DNA from: an uncultured Candidatus Saccharibacteria bacterium
Lineage (GTDB): Bacteria > Patescibacteriota > Minisyncoccia > Portnoybacterales > UBA2143
DNA length: 63,068 nt
Reading direction: 5' to 3'
Assembly (NCBI GenBank): GCA_964413015.1
Contig: CAYPQZ010000005.1
Span: 1-63,068 of the forward strand
Positions 35,160-43,390 of the stretch are shown here, one piece after another; position 1 is the stretch's first letter, and every line of letters begins with the position of its first letter. The position numbers were made by a program, and so were the translations under genes. The notes below the pieces were generated by a model, which was not told the DNA's origin, ran no database searches, and saw only the letters and a list, made by a program, of their open reading frames with translations.

Positions 35160-36443
35160 CTATTTGGGCTTCATAAAAGGGAATAAAATGCTTTCCCTCA
35201 AACTGCGAGAGCCGGTTAACAGAAAAACCAGCCGATCAATGCCTAATCCTAGGCCGGCCGCCGGCGGCATACCGTATTCCAGAGCTTCTAGAAAATCTTC
35301 GTCCAATCTCTGGGCTTCTTGATCTCCCTTTTTACGCAAGGCCTCCTGATTTTCAAACGCTTCCCGCTGTTTTAAGGGATCGTTTTGCTCGGTAAAGGCC
35401 TTGATTAATTCCACCCCTTGAACAATTCCCTGCAAGGCCTGGCCATTTTTACATAGAGGAATGTTTGGAATACGCAGGACAAAGGTCGGTTTCTCGATTT
35501 TGGCAAAACTTTCCTTTTCATCGCCGTTTTTGACAATCTCTTGGTATTCGGCCCTGGCCCATTTCTTGGGGAAGAAATCGGGCGCCAATTGATGCATCAT
35601 TTTTTCCGTAAAGCCCATTAAATCCTCCCAGTCCCAATAAGCCGTGTAGAACTCCAACTCGGTAAAATCAGGATTGTGTTCCCGGTCCATGCCTTCATTC
35701 CTGAAACAGCGGCCAATCTCAAAAACCCGTTCATAGCCGCCAACCAGCAATCTTTTTAAATAAAGCTCGGGAGCGACTCTTAAATACAAATCCATATCCA
35801 AGGCGTTAAGATGAGTTTTAAAAGGCCGGGCACTAGCGCCTCCATGCATCAATTGAAGAATCGGAGTTTCCACTTCAATAAACTTATGGCTGTCTAAAAA
35901 GTCTCTGAGGCTTTTAATAATGGCGCTGCGTTTTTTAAAAACATCTTTGGTTTCTCTATTCATCAGCAAATCTAAATATCTTTTTCGGAATCTTTCTTCA
36001 ATATCCTTAAGGCCATGCCACTTTTCGGGCAAAGGCAATAAACTCTTGGCCAGAATCCGATATTTTTTAACCAGCAAAGTTGGCTCGCCTTTTTTAGTCG
36101 AAAAAAGAGGCCCTTGAACTTCAACAAAATCCCCTACGTCAAAATTATCCTGAAAAAAAACAAAATTCTGTTCGCCTAATTCGTCTTTTTTAAAATAGAT
36201 TTGGAATTTGCCTGAACCATCTTCCAGGTTGGCAAAAATAGAGCCTCCGTGAATCCGAATTGCCCTTAAACGGCCGACTAAAAAGATTGTCTTTCCCTGT
36301 TTGGCTAATTTCTTAAACCGGTCACCGGCTTCCTGGCAAGAGCAGGTTCTTTGGGCATCGGTCGGATAAGGATTAAATCCCTGCTTTTGGAGCTTCTTTA
36401 GTTTCTTTACCCTATCTTTTTTTATTGATTCAACAGAAGACAT
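35160..36443 (-). CDS. lysS: Lysyl-tRNA synthetase, class II (compact)
   Basis: 427 aa, OB-fold N-domain, ..CFRNEGMDREHNPDFTELEFY.., ..GMPPAAGLGLGIDRLVFLLTG.. Confidence 0.85.
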   Translation of the reverse strand: MSSVESIKKDRVKKLKKLQKQGFNPYPTDAQRTCSCQEAGDRFKKLAKQGKTIFLVGRLRAIRIHGGSIFANLEDGSGKFQIYFKKDELGEQNFVFFQDNFDVGDFVEVQGPLFSTKKGEPTLLVKKYRILAKSLLPLPEKWHGLKDIEERFRKRYLDLLMNRETKDVFKKRSAIIKSLRDFLDSHKFIEVETPILQLMHGGASARPFKTHLNALDMDLYLRVAPELYLKRLLVGGYERVFEIGRCFRNEGMDREHNPDFTELEFYTAYWDWEDLMGFTEKMMHQLAPDFFPKKWARAEYQEIVKNGDEKESFAKIEKPTFVLRIPNIPLCKNGQALQGIVQGVELIKAFTEQNDPLKQREAFENQEALRKKGDQEAQRLDEDFLEALEYGMPPAAGLGLGIDRLVFLLTGSRSLRESILFPFMKPK

Positions 36444-36490
36444 GAATAAAATTTTTAATTTTCAATTTTTAATTTTGTAAATAAATCTTA

Positions 36491-36578
36491 AGCCCGCAAG
36501 AGCTATGTTCTAAGCGTTGCTGATAGGTAGCTTTGGCAATCGGGAAAATTACAAAATTATAAAATTAGAAATTTACTT
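36491..36578 (-). repeat. R3 repeat, 88 nt, starting at the greA stop codon
   Basis: Aligns with 37131-37218 (AGCCCGCAAGARCTRTGYTCTAAGCGTTGCTGAYRGRTAGCTTTGGCARKCGGGAAAATTACAAAATTATAAAATTAGAAATTTACTT). Confidence 0.8.
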
Positions 36579-37055
36579 GATATTAGTTATTTTATACTCC
36601 ATTTTTCCTTTGGGAGCTTCCACCTCTATTATATCACCGACTTCGTGCCCGAAAAAGGCCTCGCCTAAGGGCGATTCATTGGAGATTTTACCTTGAGACG
36701 GATTGGCTTCCTGAGAGCCGACAATCATAAAGGATTGCTTCTCTCCATGATTGGCCTTATTGCCCCGGCCTTTAATTAATTTAACTTCAATTATTGAGCC
36801 GATTCGAATTCCCTTTACGCTTTTGTGGTTTGGCATGATTAAACTGGATTCTTTAATAATCTGTTCCAATTCAAAAATTCTCCCTTCATTAAATGACTGG
36901 TCTTCTTTAGCTGTTGCGTATTCGGTATTTTCGCTTAAATCGCCCAGCGACTTGGCTTCTCCAAGCCGCTCGGCAATTTCCTGCCGCTTGACTGTTTTTC
37001 GCTCTTTCAGCTCTTTTTCCAATTTTTTAAGCCCTTCCGGAGAAATATATTTCAT
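36573..37055 (-). CDS. greA: Transcription elongation factor GreA
   Basis: 160 aa, ..GDLSENTEYATAKEDQ.. coiled-coil finger and FKBP-like C-domain. Confidence 0.9.
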   Translation of the reverse strand: MKYISPEGLKKLEKELKERKTVKRQEIAERLGEAKSLGDLSENTEYATAKEDQSFNEGRIFELEQIIKESSLIMPNHKSVKGIRIGSIIEVKLIKGRGNKANHGEKQSFMIVGSQEANPSQGKISNESPLGEAFFGHEVGDIIEVEAPKGKMEYKITNIK

Positions 37056-37130
37056 GAATAAAATTTTTAATTTTAAATGTTTAAAAATTAGAATTTAAAA
37101 ATTACTCACTTGCCCGCAATGCAAAACATC

Positions 37131-37218
37131 AGCCCGCAAGAACTGTGCTCTAAGCGTTGCTGACGGATAGCTTTGGCAGGCGGGAAAATTACAAAATTAT
37201 AAAATTAGAAATTTACTT
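37131..37218 (-). repeat. R3 repeat, 88 nt, starting at the mrdA stop codon
   Basis: See 36491-36578. Confidence 0.8.
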
Positions 37219-39156
37219 ACTAAAGTACCACTCCAAAACCTCTTTGGCAACTGGGACGGCCGACTCATGACCTTCTCCGCCGCCTTCTATTAGAATTACC
37301 AGAACGATTTCCGGATTATCGTAAGGGGCAAACCCGACAAACCAGGAATGGGTTTTGTCCTCGATGCCAAACTGAGCCGTTCCGGTCTTCCCGGCAACTT
37401 TAACCGGCAAAACTGATAATGCCCGGGCCGAGCCGCTGACCACGGCCTGCCGCATTCCTTGGCGAATCACTTCAAGATTTTGCGATTGGATAAAATTGCT
37501 TCGGACAATTCTTGGCGGGATATCTTCCAAGACATTCTTGTCTGAATCCACTATTTTATCAACCACCTGCGGCTGGTAAAGCGTTCCTTGGTTAGCGATA
37601 CTGGCTATGGCTAAAGCCATCTGCAAAGGAGTGACTAAGACATCTCCCTGGCCGATAGCCAAATGATAGGTATCACCCAGATACCATTGTTCGTCCGGTT
37701 TGTTTTCTTTTTTCCACTCCTTATCCGGAATCAGACCAGATTCCTCCTGAGGCAGGTCTATCTGAGTCTTCTGACCAAGTCCGAAATACTCCAAATATTT
37801 TTTAATCCTTTCGGCTCCCAATCCTTCGATTTCTCCATACCCTCCGCCAATGGTATAAAAAAATACGTTGCAGGATTCGGCAATCGCCTTAACTATATCA
37901 GTCAGTCCGTGGCTTTTCCAGTCTAGGAAACGATAGGATATCTGCGGATTATACTCATTAACAATATTTATCGCCCCTAAACAGTTGATTTTTTTACTCG
38001 GGCTGATAACCTTTTCCTCCAGAGCGGCCGCCCCAATTAACGGTTTAATAATCGAACCCGATGGATACTTCCCGGCCAAAGCTCGGTTCAAAAAAGGCTG
38101 GCTGTACTCGTTCTCCAAAAAATCCAGTTCGTCTTTCGAAATGCCTTCGACAAAAAGATTGCTATCTAAACCAGGTAGACTAACCAAAGCCATAACCCCG
38201 CCATTATTAGGATCAATCGCCAAGCCGACCGCTTTTTTTGACCTATTCTGATAAAACAACTTATCAACCATCCGGCTTAATGACTGATAAAGCTCCTGCT
38301 GTAATCCCTGATTAACGAAAAGGACTAATCCCTGGCCGGGCTGGGACGGTTTACTGGTCAATAATTGCTGGGTTTTGCCTAATCGGTCCACTTCAATTTG
38401 ATCCTGGCCCGATTGGCCCCGTAAAAAGTTTTCGTACTGGCATTCCAAACCGGCTTTGCCAATTTGGTCGTTTAACAAATATTCTTTATGCTCTTCCAAA
38501 TCATCCGCGTCAACTTGTCCGGTATAGCCCAGAAGATGCGAGAAATATGGAGCAAAAATGTACTCCCGTTGTGCGTTCTGTTCAATCCGGAATCCCGGCC
38601 AACCATCAATTAAGCTCTCCATAACCAGAGCGGCTGACCGCTCAACTCCTTTAATTAAAACCATTTGGCTTGCCCGATGGCGAGTCTTTTCTATCCGAGC
38701 TTTCAGTTCTTCCACTAATTCCGGATTGTCGCCGCCTTCAGTCAAACTGACTATTTTATGCAAAATCGCGCTCTGGACTGAATCAGGATTATCTAAAAAA
38801 TCATTCAAATTAACCGATAAATCAAACCTTGGGATATTCCGGACTAGAGCGCGGCCTGAATTGTCGTAAATAATGCCCCGCGGAGCCGCTAGAGAATAAA
38901 TTCTTAATTTATTGCCCTGAGCCAAACTCTGGTAATGCTCTCCTTTAACAATTTGCAAATAGCCGGCCCTTAAAAGAAGAAACAGTAACCCGCAAACAAT
39001 TGCCAAAAAAAGCAGGTTGAAATTCCGACGCTTAATTGGTTTTTCCAGTTTTCCTTTTTCCTCTATAGAACGAATCGCTTCGGCATCCAAAAAAATCTCC
39101 TCCGCTTCAATATTTTCTCTAGCCCTGTCTTTGATGGAATATTTTTTTAGCGCCAT
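37213..39156 (-). CDS. mrdA: Penicillin-binding protein 2 (elongasome transpeptidase)
   Basis: 647 aa, TM anchor, ..GSIIKP.. (SxxK), ..SCN.. (SxN), ..KTGTAQ.. (KTG). Confidence 0.9.
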   Translation of the reverse strand: MALKKYSIKDRARENIEAEEIFLDAEAIRSIEEKGKLEKPIKRRNFNLLFLAIVCGLLFLLLRAGYLQIVKGEHYQSLAQGNKLRIYSLAAPRGIIYDNSGRALVRNIPRFDLSVNLNDFLDNPDSVQSAILHKIVSLTEGGDNPELVEELKARIEKTRHRASQMVLIKGVERSAALVMESLIDGWPGFRIEQNAQREYIFAPYFSHLLGYTGQVDADDLEEHKEYLLNDQIGKAGLECQYENFLRGQSGQDQIEVDRLGKTQQLLTSKPSQPGQGLVLFVNQGLQQELYQSLSRMVDKLFYQNRSKKAVGLAIDPNNGGVMALVSLPGLDSNLFVEGISKDELDFLENEYSQPFLNRALAGKYPSGSIIKPLIGAAALEEKVISPSKKINCLGAINIVNEYNPQISYRFLDWKSHGLTDIVKAIAESCNVFFYTIGGGYGEIEGLGAERIKKYLEYFGLGQKTQIDLPQEESGLIPDKEWKKENKPDEQWYLGDTYHLAIGQGDVLVTPLQMALAIASIANQGTLYQPQVVDKIVDSDKNVLEDIPPRIVRSNFIQSQNLEVIRQGMRQAVVSGSARALSVLPVKVAGKTGTAQFGIEDKTHSWFVGFAPYDNPEIVLVILIEGGGEGHESAVPVAKEVLEWYFSK

Positions 39157-39577
39157 AGTTTAGAGATAAAAGAATGATTATTAATAGAGAATCATATCCC
39201 AGGATGGCAAACAGGCTTTTAGAGTTCCAAAAGACGTCTAAATGGAATAACTTGTTTAAAAGAAAAACCAGCAGATTAAAAGCCGAAATGCCCAAACCTG
39301 CAAAGATGGCCTTTATCCAAAAACCGCCCGCAGAAAAATTCCTTTTAAGCAAATTGATTAAACAGACTGCGCCTAACAAACTTAAGCTGATAAGCCCAAA
39401 AGTCAGTCCGGAGAAAATTTCCAAAAAAAAGGCGGCCAGAATAACCACCCACCAAATATCCTTAAAATTCTTAAGCGTAGCCAGAATAAAAACAAATGCC
39501 AAAGCTAAATCAGGGATGATTGTCGTTTGTAAAATTATCGCCAAAATCAGAATTAAAGTCAATAAGAGAGATCTCAT
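39119..39577 (-). CDS. mreD: Rod-shape-determining protein MreD (probable)
   Basis: 152 aa, polytopic, positioned between mreC and mrdA. Overlaps the mrdA start. Confidence 0.6.
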   Translation of the reverse strand: MRSLLLTLILILAIILQTTIIPDLALAFVFILATLKNFKDIWWVVILAAFFLEIFSGLTFGLISLSLLGAVCLINLLKRNFSAGGFWIKAIFAGLGISAFNLLVFLLNKLFHLDVFWNSKSLFAILGYDSLLIIILLSLNYGAKKIFHQRQG

Positions 39578-39604
39578 AGGTTAGTAACAAGGACAGTCCT
39601 TTAT

Positions 39605-40402
39605 TTATAAATTCTTAATCACAAAAACCCTCTCCAATCTGCCGAAGTCGGCAGCCGGTTTAATCTTGGCTTTCTGGGAAATCTGGACGTCTGAAAAGAA
39701 AATTTCCTGGACTTGGCCAATCAGCAGTCCTTTGGGAACCAGTCCGGCCAGTCCGGAAGTAATTACTGTTTCGCCTTTCTCAAGGCTCTGCCCTTGAGGC
39801 AGCATATCAATAACCATGCTTAAACATTGATTCCCTTTGACTAGCCCGAACGTACCTGATTCCTGGATTAAAGCGTTAATCCGGCTCCCCGAATCATTAG
39901 CCAGCTGAACCTTGGAAAAAGAGTCAGACACTTCAACTATTTGGCCAATTAAGATATCTCCGGCAGTAATCACTGCCGCTCTTTTTTTGACTCCGTGATT
40001 TCCGCCTTTATCAATTAAAATATGACTGCTTAGGAAAGATGAATCACGGCCAATGACATTAGCCAACACAAGCTTTCTGGATTCTAACTCTGGCAAATTT
40101 ATCTGTTCACGAATAAATTCATTTTCCTGCTCAACCTCCTTTAGACGGACCAGTTCGCTTAAAAGCTCTTCGTTCTTTTGCCTTAATTCGGCATTCTCAT
40201 CGTTAAGCCGGTTGACTGAAATGAAATAATCAAAAAAAATGTCTGTCTTTAAAGACGCCTGATAAAAAAACTTTTGAACCGGAGAAAATAATTTATAGAA
40301 AGCGTCCTGAGGAATTTTCAGCCAGCCCTGGTAATTTAAAAAAATTAAAATAAATATGACCGATAAAGATAAAATTAAAGGATGGCTAAATATTCTTTTC
40401 AT
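39605..40402 (-). CDS. mreC: Rod-shape-determining protein MreC
   Basis: 265 aa, TM anchor, coiled coil (..ENAELRQKNEELLSELVRLKE..), beta-barrel domains ..VITAGDILIGQIVEV.., ..GLVPKGLLIGQVQEI.. Confidence 0.85.
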   Translation of the reverse strand: MKRIFSHPLILSLSVIFILIFLNYQGWLKIPQDAFYKLFSPVQKFFYQASLKTDIFFDYFISVNRLNDENAELRQKNEELLSELVRLKEVEQENEFIREQINLPELESRKLVLANVIGRDSSFLSSHILIDKGGNHGVKKRAAVITAGDILIGQIVEVSDSFSKVQLANDSGSRINALIQESGTFGLVKGNQCLSMVIDMLPQGQSLEKGETVITSGLAGLVPKGLLIGQVQEIFFSDVQISQKAKIKPAADFGRLERVFVIKNL

Positions 40403-40413
40403 ATAACTACAAC

Positions 40414-40475
40414 AAAGGACAGCCCTTAAAGGACAGTCCTTAAAATTAAGGACTGTCCTTTAAGGGCTGTCCTTT
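40414..40475. repeat. Perfect 62-nt hairpin (29-bp stem, AAAT loop) built from four GGACWGYCC half-sites
   Basis: AAAGGACAGCCCTTAAAGGACAGTCCTTA-AAAT-TAAGGACTGTCCTTTAAGGGCTGTCCTTT. The arms are exact reverse complements. Confidence 0.9.
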
Positions 40476-40498
40476 AACATATCTTCTTTAGGCGCAAA

Positions 40499-40714
40499 TT
40501 ACATTGGCTTTTCCTCTTCAGACGAGTCCTCTTTAGAATTCTCAGACGATTCCATCGGTTCAGAAGATTCTAGAGATTCTGGAGATTCTGGAGATTCTGG
40601 GATTGAAGGGTTTTCCGGCTCCGAATCTGAGCCGCCTTTTTTTACCCTAAGGGTAAAATAAAGGATAATAACAGCCGCTAACACAATGATTACCCATAAC
40701 CAAATATTGCCCAT
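40499..40714 (-). CDS. Small membrane-anchored acidic protein with a PES-rich repeat tail
   Basis: 71 aa, N-terminal TM helix, ..PENPSIPESPESPESLESSEPMESSE.. Confidence 0.5.
   Translation of the reverse strand: MGNIWLWVIIVLAAVIILYFTLRVKKGGSDSEPENPSIPESPESPESLESSEPMESSENSKEDSSEEEKPM
40563..40600 (-). repeat. 9-bp tandem repeat (RGAGATTCT x4) encoding the (PES)n tract
   Basis: GAAGATTCT AGAGATTCT GGAGATTCT GGAGATTCT read directly. Confidence 0.8.
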
Positions 40715-40791
40715 AATTTTACTCCGTTAATTAAACGGTCTCCTTTCTTTATTTAATATACCACTTTATTTCAAATAATAAAACCAAGCTT

Positions 40792-40831
40792 GTGGATAAG
40801 TACGACCAATTTTTAATTTTTAATTTTTAAT
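40792..40831. promoter_or_regulatory. Perfect DnaA-box 9-mer (TGTGGATAA = TTATCCACA) + 8 nt + (AATTTTT)3 tract
   Basis: Exact consensus at 40792-40800 and heptamer tract at 40809-40831. The same composite recurs at 59859-59905. Confidence 0.3.
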
Positions 40832-40883
40832 AAATTTCTAATGACTTAATTTCTAAGCTAATATGATAAGTACAGTCGACGAT

Positions 40884-40947
40884 AAGGACAGTCCTTAAAA
40901 TGATGTCCTTTGAGCACAAGGGCGTCATTTTAAAGACTGTTCTTATC
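40884..40947 (-). repeat. R5 long-hairpin repeat, copy 2 (overlaps the stop codon of the GT26 gene)
   Basis: Near-identical to 33744-33807 and 50164-50227. Confidence 0.8.
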
Positions 40948-41800
40948 ATGGAAACTTGCCAAACTTCTTAAACAAAACTAATAAGGGGAATTTAATTACT
41001 GCGTTGTGTACTCGCCTGATCCTCCAAGGATGACAGAACAACCGCCAGGCCCATTCCAGACCAACTGAACGCATTGCCCGAGGCGCTCTCCTCCGCCGGC
41101 CGGAAATAAAATCAAAGGCCCCGCCTACCCCTACGGCCAGCCTAACCGAAGGAATGCTTTTCAAATTCTGATAAATGAATTTCTCCTGATAAGGAGCGCC
41201 CAAATTAACAAAAAGAATATCTGGACTGAAGAACCGCGCCTGCCTAGATTTGTTTTGTGCTTGCGAAAAAGACAATTTTTTTAAATCGTGCTGCGTCCGC
41301 CTACGCTGCGCGTAAGCGTTGCGGACGGGGGTGTGGGCGTGATATAAGAGGGAATGATTTAAAAATTTACTTCCGGAACAGATCGACCTGGGAACATCCA
41401 CTATCTCAAACTGCAAACCGGGATGATTTTTTTGGACGGCCCTTTTAATTGAATTAGCGCTGGATAATCCGCCTGACCAGTTAATTAAAAGAACGCTTAA
41501 TTTCTTTTGTCGGGCTTTTTTTAAAAGATACTCGGTTAAGTCCGCACCAGTCATTCTTTGCTTAATTGGCTGTCTTAAAAACCAGGAAACGAAAACTAGG
41601 CCGGTTCCGTCGGCTATAGACAAATCCGAATAGTTAAGGATTGACTTGAATTCCTGGTCTCGCCGGCTTTCAACCAAAAACTCCGGATTGGTCGTGACGA
41701 TATAGTGCTGACGGCCGTCCCGCAAAAAATCCTCCAATTTCTTAAAAATTCCCTGTTTGTCCAAATTATCTATTTTTACTCCAAGAATTTCCATAATCAA
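40946..41800 (-). CDS. WecG/TagA/CpsF-family (GT26) glycosyltransferase carrying an in-frame insert of about 38 aa derived from a palindromic repeat
   Basis: 284 aa, ..VTTNPEFLVE.., ..IADGTGLV.., ..PDILFVNLGAPYQEKF.., ..VGVGGAFDFISG..RAP...GLEWAWRL.. Residues about 143-180 (GSKFLNHSLLYHAHTPVRNAYAQRRRTQHDLKKLSFSQ) have no family counterpart. Confidence 0.8.
   Translation of the reverse strand: MIMEILGVKIDNLDKQGIFKKLEDFLRDGRQHYIVTTNPEFLVESRRDQEFKSILNYSDLSIADGTGLVFVSWFLRQPIKQRMTGADLTEYLLKKARQKKLSVLLINWSGGLSSANSIKRAVQKNHPGLQFEIVDVPRSICSGSKFLNHSLLYHAHTPVRNAYAQRRRTQHDLKKLSFSQAQNKSRQARFFSPDILFVNLGAPYQEKFIYQNLKSIPSVRLAVGVGGAFDFISGRRRRAPRAMRSVGLEWAWRLFCHPWRIRRVHNAVIKFPLLVLFKKFGKFP
41259..41372. repeat. 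R4 palindromic element (AT-rich inverted arms, GC-rich core) inside the GT26 coding sequence
   Basis: CTTGCGAAAAAGACAATTTTTTTAAATCGT..GC-rich core with GCGTCCGC/GCGGACG hairpin..GATTTAAAAATT. The left arm matches CTTGCGAGAAAGACAATTTTTGAATCGT at 45319-45346. Confidence 0.65.
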
Positions 41801-42333
41801 CCCCCCAGCTCAATTGACTCTAAAATAGTGTAATCAGGACCTTTTTTAGACAAAAAACTTTCCATAACCTCTATTGAATTAACCGGAAAAACCAAAGAAA
41901 TGTTTTTATCTATTTCCGGCTGGTCGGGTAAGTTTTGCCATTCTCCCCGTCTAATTCTGGCTAAAGTGACATGGACCTGAAAAGATTTGCCTCCCTGATA
42001 GCTAAGCAATTTTCCCTCTAAATCATTCCTTACCTTTATCAAGTCAGGATTCTTTTCTCCTTCCGCCCAAATCAAGCGCGGAAATTTTTCCGGGGACAGG
42101 CAAATCCTCCTCAACTTTATTTCAAAAGGATGGCTTTCTTGGACTGTCTGACGGATTAAACGACAAACCTCCAGAACTTCTTCATCGCTTAAATAGCCAA
42201 GAAAAATTAGGGTGACGTGCAAATTGTCTCTCTTGGTCCAACGAATCGGTAAGCCGGCCCATTGGCTCTGAATTCTTAATAATTCCCGCTTAATCGATTC
42301 CGGCAAATTAATGGCTAAAAAAATTCGACGCAT
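41797..42333 (-). CDS. thpR: RNA 2',3'-cyclic phosphodiesterase (2H family, LigT/ThpR)
   Basis: 178 aa with two HxT motifs (..LHVTLIFLG.., ..QVHVTLARI..). Confidence 0.85.
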   Translation of the reverse strand: MRRIFLAINLPESIKRELLRIQSQWAGLPIRWTKRDNLHVTLIFLGYLSDEEVLEVCRLIRQTVQESHPFEIKLRRICLSPEKFPRLIWAEGEKNPDLIKVRNDLEGKLLSYQGGKSFQVHVTLARIRRGEWQNLPDQPEIDKNISLVFPVNSIEVMESFLSKKGPDYTILESIELGG

Positions 42334-42378
42334 ATCACTTTAAATTATATCAAAGAAGGGATATAATGAGAATAGATT

Positions 42379-43257
42379 ATGCGCGAAGCTTTGCTTTATC
42401 AAACTCTGCCTCAAAAAAAGGTCCGCTGTCAGGCCTGTGCCCATTTTTGCCTCATTTCGCCCGGCCAAAGAGGTCTTTGCGGCGTTCGTGAAAATCGTAA
42501 AGGCAAACTTTATTCATTGAATTACGGTAAAGCCATTGCTCTTCAGATTGACCCGATTGAAAAAAAGCCGCTTTACCATTTTTTGCCCGGAACCTATTCT
42601 TTGTCTTTGGCCGCGGTCGGCTGTAATTTCGTCTGTCAAAACTGCCAGAACTGGGAAATTTCCCAGTCAGTCAAGTCCAACCAGCCCATTTTGGGACAGG
42701 GCCTGCCGCCTGAACAAATTATCCAGAAAGCCTTGGGCAATCATTGTCCCAGCATTTCCTATACTTATACTGAACCGACCATTTTTCTGGAATACGCTTT
42801 GGAAACCATGAAGTTAGCCAGGGCCAAAGGGCTTAAAAATATCTGGGTGACCAATGGCTTTATGAGCCCACAGGCCCTGAAATTAATTATTCCCTGGCTG
42901 GACGCGGCCAATGTTGATTTAAAATCTTTTAAAGAAAGCTTTTATTTAAAATATTGCGGCGGCCGCTTAAAACCGGTTTTGGAAAACCTTAAAAGACTCA
43001 AGCAGGAAGAAATTTGGCTGGAAGTAACCACGCTGCTTATTCCGGGACTGACCGACCAGGAAAAAATGTTGAAAAAAACAGCCCAATTTGTTAAAAAAGA
43101 ACTGGGCGCAGAAACGCCCTGGCATATTTCCCGGTTTTCTCCGGAAATATCCTGGAAGCTTAAAGATTTGCCAGCAACTCCTTTAAAAACACTCAATCAA
43201 GCAGAACAAATTGGCTTAGAAGCTGGGTTAAAATATGTTTATAAAGGAAATATTTAA
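42379..43257 (+). CDS. AmmeMemoRadiSam-system radical SAM enzyme
   Basis: 292 aa, ..VRCQACAHFCLISPGQRGLCGVREN.., ..DPIEKKPLYHF.., CX3CX2C ..GCNFVCQNCQNWEIS.. Confidence 0.85.
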   Translation: MREALLYQTLPQKKVRCQACAHFCLISPGQRGLCGVRENRKGKLYSLNYGKAIALQIDPIEKKPLYHFLPGTYSLSLAAVGCNFVCQNCQNWEISQSVKSNQPILGQGLPPEQIIQKALGNHCPSISYTYTEPTIFLEYALETMKLARAKGLKNIWVTNGFMSPQALKLIIPWLDAANVDLKSFKESFYLKYCGGRLKPVLENLKRLKQEEIWLEVTTLLIPGLTDQEKMLKKTAQFVKKELGAETPWHISRFSPEISWKLKDLPATPLKTLNQAEQIGLEAGLKYVYKGNI

Positions 43258-43270
43258 AGTTAAAGCCAAA

Positions 43271-43375
43271 AATTTAAGGATTGTCATAACCCGATAAGAA
43301 CAGTCCTTATCGTCAGCGTATTCCAAGAAACATCATTTTAAGGACTGTCCTTATTACATGGCAATCCTTAAATTT
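43271..43375 (+). repeat. Composite element: inverted arms AAATTTAAGGATTGTCAT / ATGGCAATCCTTAAATTT flanking a diverged, inverted R5 hairpin (43294-43352)
   Basis: 17/18 complementary arms. The interior retains GATAAGAACAGTCCTTA...TAAGGACTGTCCTTAT. Confidence 0.65.
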
Positions 43376-43390
43376 CCCTTATTCAAAATT

